DNA from: a bacterium
GTDB taxonomy: Bacteria > UBA8248
Assembly (NCBI GenBank): GCA_965207065.1
Contig: OZ242260.1
Span: 1,376,001-1,440,000, forward strand
Length of the DNA: 64,000 nt
Direction: 5' to 3'
Shown here: positions 58,424-64,000 of the stretch, piece by piece
How the letters are laid out: each line of letters starts with the position of its first letter
Numbering within the stretch: the first letter of the stretch is position 1
Position numbers and translations under genes: made by a program
Notes under the pieces: model-generated
What the model saw: only the letters and a program-made list of their open reading frames with translations
What the model was told of the DNA's origin: nothing
Databases searched by the model: none

Positions 58424-60685
58424 TTAATGGCCGTTGCTATTGCCGTTTTTCTTCATGACCGCCCGGCAAACACGCTCGGGCGTAATGGGCAAATCGTAGA
58501 CTTCCGTGCCTATCGCATCATTGATGGCGAGGGCGACGGCGGCAGGCGCATTATTGCATGGAGGTTCTCCGACGCCGCGTGCGCCATATGGGCCTGCGCC
58601 CTCTCCACATTCAAGAACAACAGACTCAAACTCACCGATATCCGAGGAAGTGGGAATCAGATACTCGTGAAAGCTTTGTGATCGGCAGTCTCCTTCCACC
58701 ATGGTGATTTCCTCGTGCAGCGCATAGCCAATCCCCATCACCGCGCCGCCTTCGAATTGCCCCTCCACGCTTTGAGGATTCAGCGCGCGCCCGACGTCAT
58801 GGGAGGCGATGTGCTTCAAGAGATTCACTTCGCCGGTTTCGATATCGACTTCCACTTCGCTCGCATGAACGCCAAAAGTGTAGTCCGACCATCCGCCCAT
58901 GCCGTTCATATATCGCTCCGGATTCTCGTATTCATGGCCCGGCATGTTGTAGCCATGTGTGCAATGTAGCGCCTCACCCATTTTTTTGGCTTCGCCGGCC
59001 GCTGCACCGACGCCGACCCTTCTCTCGGGAGCGGAGGCCACCCACGCCTCGCCGCCTCCCACGCGAATGTCCTCTGCTGCAGCTTCGAGCAACGAGGCAG
59101 CGCCTTTGGTCACGGCTTTTCGAACCTCATCAGCGGCAAGTTGAACGGCGTGCCCCGCCATGAGTGTCTGGCGGGAACCCGCAGTGATGCCCGAGAGTGG
59201 CGTAGTAGCTGAATCGGACAAACGGGTGGAAACCTGATCGAGCCTGAGCCCCAGGGTTTCAGCCGTGATGCTTTGAAGGGTAGCGCCCTGGCCGGCGCCT
59301 ATATCCGGCGCGCTCACACGTACCACGGCGCTGCCATCCGGCTCGAGGTGTACCGCCGCATTCGCGTCGTCATTCGGCCTTCCGTAGCCGGTAATGTTCG
59401 CGGCCGCCGCCCGGCCGATACGTTTTCCCGGAGCTGGTTCTGTGGGTTTACCCAGGGCCTGTAGCGCGCTGTCGAGGCATCCTTCCAGGTTCGGTTCGTA
59501 AGGTATCTTCTGTCCGGTCGGCAGTTCCTGTCCTTTCTGGATGAAATTTTTCCGCCTGAATTCGTACTTGTCCAACCCGAGGGCATCTGCAACCAGGTTC
59601 ATTTGAGTCTCATATGCGAAGCAGACCTGGTTTGATCCAACGCCGCGCATCGCGTTGGTGATGGGATTGTTCGTGAGATAGCCGTGCGCACGAATTTTTA
59701 CGTTGGGTACATCATAAGGGCCCGCGGCGATGCACATCGCGCCCAGGAGGAACAAATTGGATTTATACGGATAGGCGCCAGCATCTCCTACGATATCCGC
59801 CTGAACGGCCAGGATTTTCCCGTCCCTGGTCGCTCCTGTTTTGTACTTCATATAGAAAGGATGTTTTTTCGAGGTGTTTCTAATGCCGTGCTCGCGGCCC
59901 AATACCATGACGGCGGGCCTTTGCGTATGCCAGGTGAGCAGCGCCAGGTAAGGTTCTACGGTCAGCATGCCCTTGGCGCCGAACCCGCCGCCGACGTAAG
60001 TGCCGAGGTGCCGGACGCGGCTATGCGAGATTCCTAAAATCGCCGCAATGGCGCGGTAGTATTCGATAAGCTGTGTGCCGACGCGGATGGTGATGACGCC
60101 GTCTTCTTCCATCCAGGAAGTACCGGAGGCCGGTTCCAGGAAGGCGTGTTCGGCAAGTTGCGTGGTGTATGTTTTCTCAATCACCACGTCGGCTTCGTCA
60201 AATGCTGTCTTCAAGTCTCCGCGAGTAACCTCAAAATCACATGCTTGTCGTTTTTCGGCGCTTGTTTCATCGTGACGCGTTGTCCACACGCCCTCTTCCG
60301 CCTCGATTTCCACTTCAATGGCCGCTATCGCGGCATCAAGCGCTTCTCTGTTTTCGGCTCCTACGATGGCGAGAGCGTCTCCGGTGAATTCAATTTTATC
60401 TTCCACCAGAACAGGCTGATGGGGCAGGCCCGGTGTGCCGGAGCCGAATCGCGCGTTTGTGCCCGGAATATCCTTTGCAGTCAGAATGGCGGCTACGCCC
60501 GGGATTTTTTCGGCTTTTGAAGTGTCGATTTTTTTCAGGCGGCCGACCGGGATGGGTGTAAACAATACGCCGCACTGCAGAGCCCCTGCAGGAACTGCAT
60601 CTTCTCCGTAGGGCATAGAGCCATCCGCTTTCGGAATCGCGTCGTATCGAACATTCGACTTGCCGATGATATCGTAATCGGCCAT
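58424..60685 (-). CDS. Xanthine dehydrogenase family molybdopterin-binding subunit
   Basis: HAFLEP, VGGGFGAK, AMRGVG, DIGAG, HDVGRALNP..VEGQFEGG, GARGVGEP; start MADYD after AAGGAG. Confidence 0.92.
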   Translation of the reverse strand: MADYDIIGKSNVRYDAIPKADGSMPYGEDAVPAGALQCGVLFTPIPVGRLKKIDTSKAEKIPGVAAILTAKDIPGTNARFGSGTPGLPHQPVLVEDKIEFTGDALAIVGAENREALDAAIAAIEVEIEAEEGVWTTRHDETSAEKRQACDFEVTRGDLKTAFDEADVVIEKTYTTQLAEHAFLEPASGTSWMEEDGVITIRVGTQLIEYYRAIAAILGISHSRVRHLGTYVGGGFGAKGMLTVEPYLALLTWHTQRPAVMVLGREHGIRNTSKKHPFYMKYKTGATRDGKILAVQADIVGDAGAYPYKSNLFLLGAMCIAAGPYDVPNVKIRAHGYLTNNPITNAMRGVGSNQVCFAYETQMNLVADALGLDKYEFRRKNFIQKGQELPTGQKIPYEPNLEGCLDSALQALGKPTEPAPGKRIGRAAAANITGYGRPNDDANAAVHLEPDGSAVVRVSAPDIGAGQGATLQSITAETLGLRLDQVSTRLSDSATTPLSGITAGSRQTLMAGHAVQLAADEVRKAVTKGAASLLEAAAEDIRVGGGEAWVASAPERRVGVGAAAGEAKKMGEALHCTHGYNMPGHEYENPERYMNGMGGWSDYTFGVHASEVEVDIETGEVNLLKHIASHDVGRALNPQSVEGQFEGGAVMGIGYALHEEITMVEGDCRSQSFHEYLIPTSSDIGEFESVVLECGEGAGPYGARGVGEPPCNNAPAAVALAINDAIGTEVYDLPITPERVCRAVMKKNGNSNGH

Positions 60686-60879
60686 TTGTCTGCTCCTTAA
60701 GGTAAGAGGATATCCGTGAATTAGATTTGATTCTGCCAAATTTCGGCGAAACTGAGAAGCGGATAAAACATCATTTGTTTTTTTCATATAAAATTGATTG
60801 GGCTGATATCGTAGACAAGGAATAAATTGCGGGATATGATTTGACTTCGGTTGAATTCACATATCAATTGGAGAAAACC

Positions 60880-61410
60880 ATGGCGAACGGAATGGGATTC
60901 ATTGATCCGACGGCGGGAGGGTCGGCCGCGCGAATCGAGCTTGCGCAAAGGCCCGGCGATCTTTCGGGTAAGGTGGTGGGGCTCCTCGACAACACCAAAG
61001 AACAAGCGGATATCATTTTGGAAACCTTGGGGAATGCCCTCCGCGAGCAATACGACGTGGCCAGAGTCATTTCGATGCGAAAAGAGCATTACTCGAAGCC
61101 TGCCACTGATGAAATGATCGAAGAAATGGCCCAGGAGGTGGATGTGGCGATAGCCGCATTGGGAGGCTGAGGCTCCTGCACGTTGTGCAGTGTGCACGAC
61201 ACGGTTGAATTTGAAAAACGGGGCATTCCTTCAACGACCATCATCACCGAGGCGTTCAAGAACGCGGCGGACTTTCAATTCCGTGGCAAGGGCATGGAAG
61301 GGCATCCTTATATTCAGTTGCCTCATCCGGTCAGCAATTTGCAGCCTGATGAAATGAGAGACACGACGCTGAAGTTTGTTGAAGAAGTGGCCGGCCACCT
61401 GAAAAGCTGA
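60880..61410 (+). CDS. Stand-alone UGSC selenoprotein (Sec at TGA 61168-61170)
   Basis: ORFs 60841-61170 and 61183-61410 are in frame: AIAALGG-U-GSCTLCSVHDTVEFEKRGIP. Hairpin GTTGTGCA-GTG-TGCACGAC starts 11 nt after the TGA. Confidence 0.92.
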
Positions 61411-61452
61411 TCCGAATTATAGAGAAAAAGTATTTTCCAGGAGGAAGGGTAC

Positions 61453-62235
61453 GTGCGCGAATTTGAAACAATTTCCTATACGGAAGAAAATGGATTGGCG
61501 GTAGTGAAGTTTAACCGCCCGGAGAGTCTGAACGCGATCAGTTTCAAGATGGCGGAAGAATTCGTGGAATTGGCGCGAACCCTGGCCGACGCGGGGAATG
61601 TGCGTGTGGTCATTCTTACTGGAGAGGGACGTGGTTTCAGCACGGGCCGCGACCTGAAAGAAAGCACCACGCATACGAAGGAGATGGCCGATCAATACCA
61701 GCGCTATGTGATGACGGCGACGTCTCTATGGGCACGCTTGCCAATGCCTACCATCGCTGCGATCAACGGCCATACGTTCGGCTGGGGCGTCGAAATTACA
61801 TTAGTATGCGATATCAGACTGGCCGCTGAAGAAGCCACTCTTTGTTTTCCGGAATGCAGCCTTGGTATTTTCCCGGGGGCCGGCGGCGTAGTCTGGCTTC
61901 AAAGGATCATGCCGGCCGGTCAGGCGAAGGAATTGGTTTACACGAGCAAGCGTATCGATGGAAATGAAGCCGAGCGCATCGGCTTGGTGAATAAGGCGCA
62001 TCCGCTGGATGTGCTGATGGATGAAGCGACAGCCATCGCTGAGAAAATCAGGGACAATGGCCCCTTGGGTGTTCGTGGCGCGAAAAAAGCAATTGATCAG
62101 ACGCTCGATATGCCGCTCTCTCAGGCTATCGAATTTTCAAATGCCCTCAGGTTGCCGTTGAATCACACCAAGGATTTCGCCGAGGCGCTGCAGGCGTTCA
62201 AAGAGAAGAGGAAACCCGTATTTACCGGAGAATAA
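61453..62235 (+). CDS. Enoyl-CoA hydratase/isomerase family protein
   Basis: NRPESLNA, FSTGRDL, PTIAAING, PECSLGIFPGAGG, FKEKRKPVFTG. Confidence 0.92.
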   Translation: MREFETISYTEENGLAVVKFNRPESLNAISFKMAEEFVELARTLADAGNVRVVILTGEGRGFSTGRDLKESTTHTKEMADQYQRYVMTATSLWARLPMPTIAAINGHTFGWGVEITLVCDIRLAAEEATLCFPECSLGIFPGAGGVVWLQRIMPAGQAKELVYTSKRIDGNEAERIGLVNKAHPLDVLMDEATAIAEKIRDNGPLGVRGAKKAIDQTLDMPLSQAIEFSNALRLPLNHTKDFAEALQAFKEKRKPVFTGE

Positions 62236-62309
62236 AGAAGTTGGAATTTCCATGAAACATAGAGCCTGTCCCATTTAGAGGACGGGCTTTTTGTTCATTG
62301 TGGCGGGAT

Positions 62310-63011
62310 ATGAACAGAAACCTCCTCATCACAGATAACGAATCCCAAGTCGCGAGCATTACCGTGAATCGGCCGGAAGCGCGAAATGCGTTCAATACGC
62401 CATTGATGGAAGCCATGTGTCTGGAGATGGGTGAAATTGAAATATCGCCTGATATTAAAGTCCTTATCGTGACGGGTGCGGGAAGCTCTTTTTCTTCGGG
62501 ACGCGACCTCAAGGAAAGCGCCACCCATACGAAAAAACAGGCGAAACGATTCATGATGTTGGGCGAACGGTGGAGTACGGCCCTTCGTGAACTACCCATC
62601 CCGACAATAGCAGCGGTGAATGGCCCCGCCTTCGGGTGGGGGATGGTGTTGATGCTCTCTTGCGATATTCGTGTTGCGGTGGACGACGCCGTTTTGGGTT
62701 ATCCGGAGACTGCGTTGGGAGTATTTCCTGGAGGAGACGCCACAGTTCGTCTGACGCGTCAGATTTTTGTTCCATCCGTGAAAGATCTAGTGCTCACGGG
62801 CAGAAGATTTGATGCGAAAGAGGGATATCGCTTAGGATTGGTGAATCGCATCACATCGCAAAGAGACCTGATGAGGGAAACTCGCGCTCTGGCGAATAAA
62901 ATTGCGCAACACCCGCCGGAGAGATTAAAAGCGATGAAGTCAAAGTTTTTGAAAATCGAAGCGATGCCGCGCTTTGGCCATTTGTCGGTAGCCGAGAAAG
63001 TCGATCGATGA
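62310..63011 (+). CDS. Enoyl-CoA hydratase/isomerase family protein (diverged paralog)
   Basis: NRPEARNA, FSSGRDLKE, PTIAAVNG, PETALGVFPG. Confidence 0.85.
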   Translation: MNRNLLITDNESQVASITVNRPEARNAFNTPLMEAMCLEMGEIEISPDIKVLIVTGAGSSFSSGRDLKESATHTKKQAKRFMMLGERWSTALRELPIPTIAAVNGPAFGWGMVLMLSCDIRVAVDDAVLGYPETALGVFPGGDATVRLTRQIFVPSVKDLVLTGRRFDAKEGYRLGLVNRITSQRDLMRETRALANKIAQHPPERLKAMKSKFLKIEAMPRFGHLSVAEKVDR

Positions 63012-63391
63012 AAGTCAGGGAGTGCTTTTTGCAGGCGGTAGCGATTGTTGGAGTGGAAGAAGAAGCCAGAGAAACCTGGGCGGCCATGAACAGGATAAAC
63101 GCGCCTTGGGCGGCGATTTTTCATGGTACGCACTTGGTTGGCGTCGTAAACAAAAAAGACCTCGATTCGTTTCTTCGTGTGCCCGAGGTATTTCAAAGAG
63201 TGGGAGAGGTCGCCAAAACGGATATGCCTTCGAGACGAGGAATATCGCTGTCCCCGGACACGGATTTGAACGAGGCTGTTCTTCGGCTTGAAATGGCGGG
63301 AGCGGATGCCGCTTTTGTCGAGGGCGACGGCAGACCGCATGGCGTCATGGAGATGGGAGCAGCCAATCGCGCATTGTCTCGTTCTTCATGA
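63008..63391 (+). CDS. Putative CBS-domain protein
   Basis: MKVRE.., HLVGVVNKKDL, ISLSPDTDLNEAV; ATGA overlap with the upstream gene. Confidence 0.55.
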   Translation: MKVRECFLQAVAIVGVEEEARETWAAMNRINAPWAAIFHGTHLVGVVNKKDLDSFLRVPEVFQRVGEVAKTDMPSRRGISLSPDTDLNEAVLRLEMAGADAAFVEGDGRPHGVMEMGAANRALSRSS

Positions 63392-63466
63392 TGCGTATTT
63401 GTTTTCCCTTAGGGTAACCGAATCATTCGCCTCTCTTTCATGGGGTGATTGACGGGAGGAGCGTCC

Positions 63467-64000
63467 ATGGAATTCACTTTGAATGATGAGCAAAAACGGA
63501 TTCAGGGAATAGCCAGGAAATTTTCCTATGAAGAACTTGCTCCGGTGGCTCCCGAGCGTGACCGCATTCAGAACTGGGAAGAGCGCATGCCGTGGGATCT
63601 GACCGAAAAAGCAAGCGCTTTGGGCTTGAGGCAACTTCCATACCCAAAAGAATATGGTGGAATGGGTGCCGATGTGCTTTCGTGTTGTTTGGCGGGCGAG
63701 GAACTTGCCGCGGGTGATCTGGGTTTTGCGGTGAACCTGGATCAGACATGGAAGCTGTCCCATATCCTGGAAAAAGTAGAGCCTGAAGTCAGAGACCCCT
63801 GGTTAAAACGCTTGTGCGAAGAACCAAGATTCCTGGCTGCGATTTCCATGACGGAAGAAGGAGCAGGGACAGACCATCAGGGCTATTACGATGATCCCTC
63901 CATTGCGCTTTATGCGCATGCGGAGAAAGAAGGTGGTAAATGGATCATCAATGGCAAGAAGCGCTATGTCAGCAATGGTCCTATCGCGTCGTTATACGTA
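63467..64000 (+). CDS. Acyl-CoA dehydrogenase (3'-truncated by window edge)
   Basis: MEFTLNDEQ..., YPKEYGGMG, EELAAGD, SMTEEGAGTD, WIINGKKRYVSNG; GGAGG RBS. Confidence 0.9.
   Translation, partial: MEFTLNDEQKRIQGIARKFSYEELAPVAPERDRIQNWEERMPWDLTEKASALGLRQLPYPKEYGGMGADVLSCCLAGEELAAGDLGFAVNLDQTWKLSHILEKVEPEVRDPWLKRLCEEPRFLAAISMTEEGAGTDHQGYYDDPSIALYAHAEKEGGKWIINGKKRYVSNGPIASLYV

Overview
GC-rich bacterial chromosome segment. It is probably from a selenocysteine-using marine or sponge-associated heterotroph; this is inferred from the srp-type cluster and the many TTT/ABC uptake systems. Left to right: (1) a 5'-truncated histidine kinase-receiver-winged-helix fusion. (2) About 21 kb of uptake/catabolic operons: two TctABC systems, an NitT/TauT-type ABC system, MBL-fold, FAH, cyclase, two atypical M20 hydrolases, AtuA/DUF4387 and RidA, plus an AhpD-like protein split by an in-frame TGA in a CxxU motif. 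(3) A PPi-type phosphofructokinase. (4) A ~3.3 kb islet derived from a type I R-M locus (hsdM tails, Fic, HEPN-like gene, hsdS pseudogene), bracketed by a 74-bp duplication of the 3' end of a sugar ABC ATPase gene. (5) A sugar ABC operon with palindromic MITE/REP elements. (6) A fused UGSC-family selenoprotein, its paralog and tRNA-Ser(TGA). (7) A ~15 kb proteusin RiPP cluster: NHLP precursor with core LCCCW, YcaO, Trp halogenase and NHLP exporters, plus a putative prenyltransferase, a leader-peptide-fused class II terpene cyclase and an AlkB-GlnE-like fusion. (8) Four tandem UGSC-partner paralogs, a lone xanthine-dehydrogenase-family Mo subunit, a stand-alone UGSC selenoprotein and acyl-CoA genes. 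The strongest leads are three hidden selenoproteins, including a seven-gene UGSC system whose Sec motif resembles GrdB, and the uncharacterised terpene and oxygenase tailoring enzymes of the LCCCW RiPP. All calls are by eye from motifs; no database searches were run.
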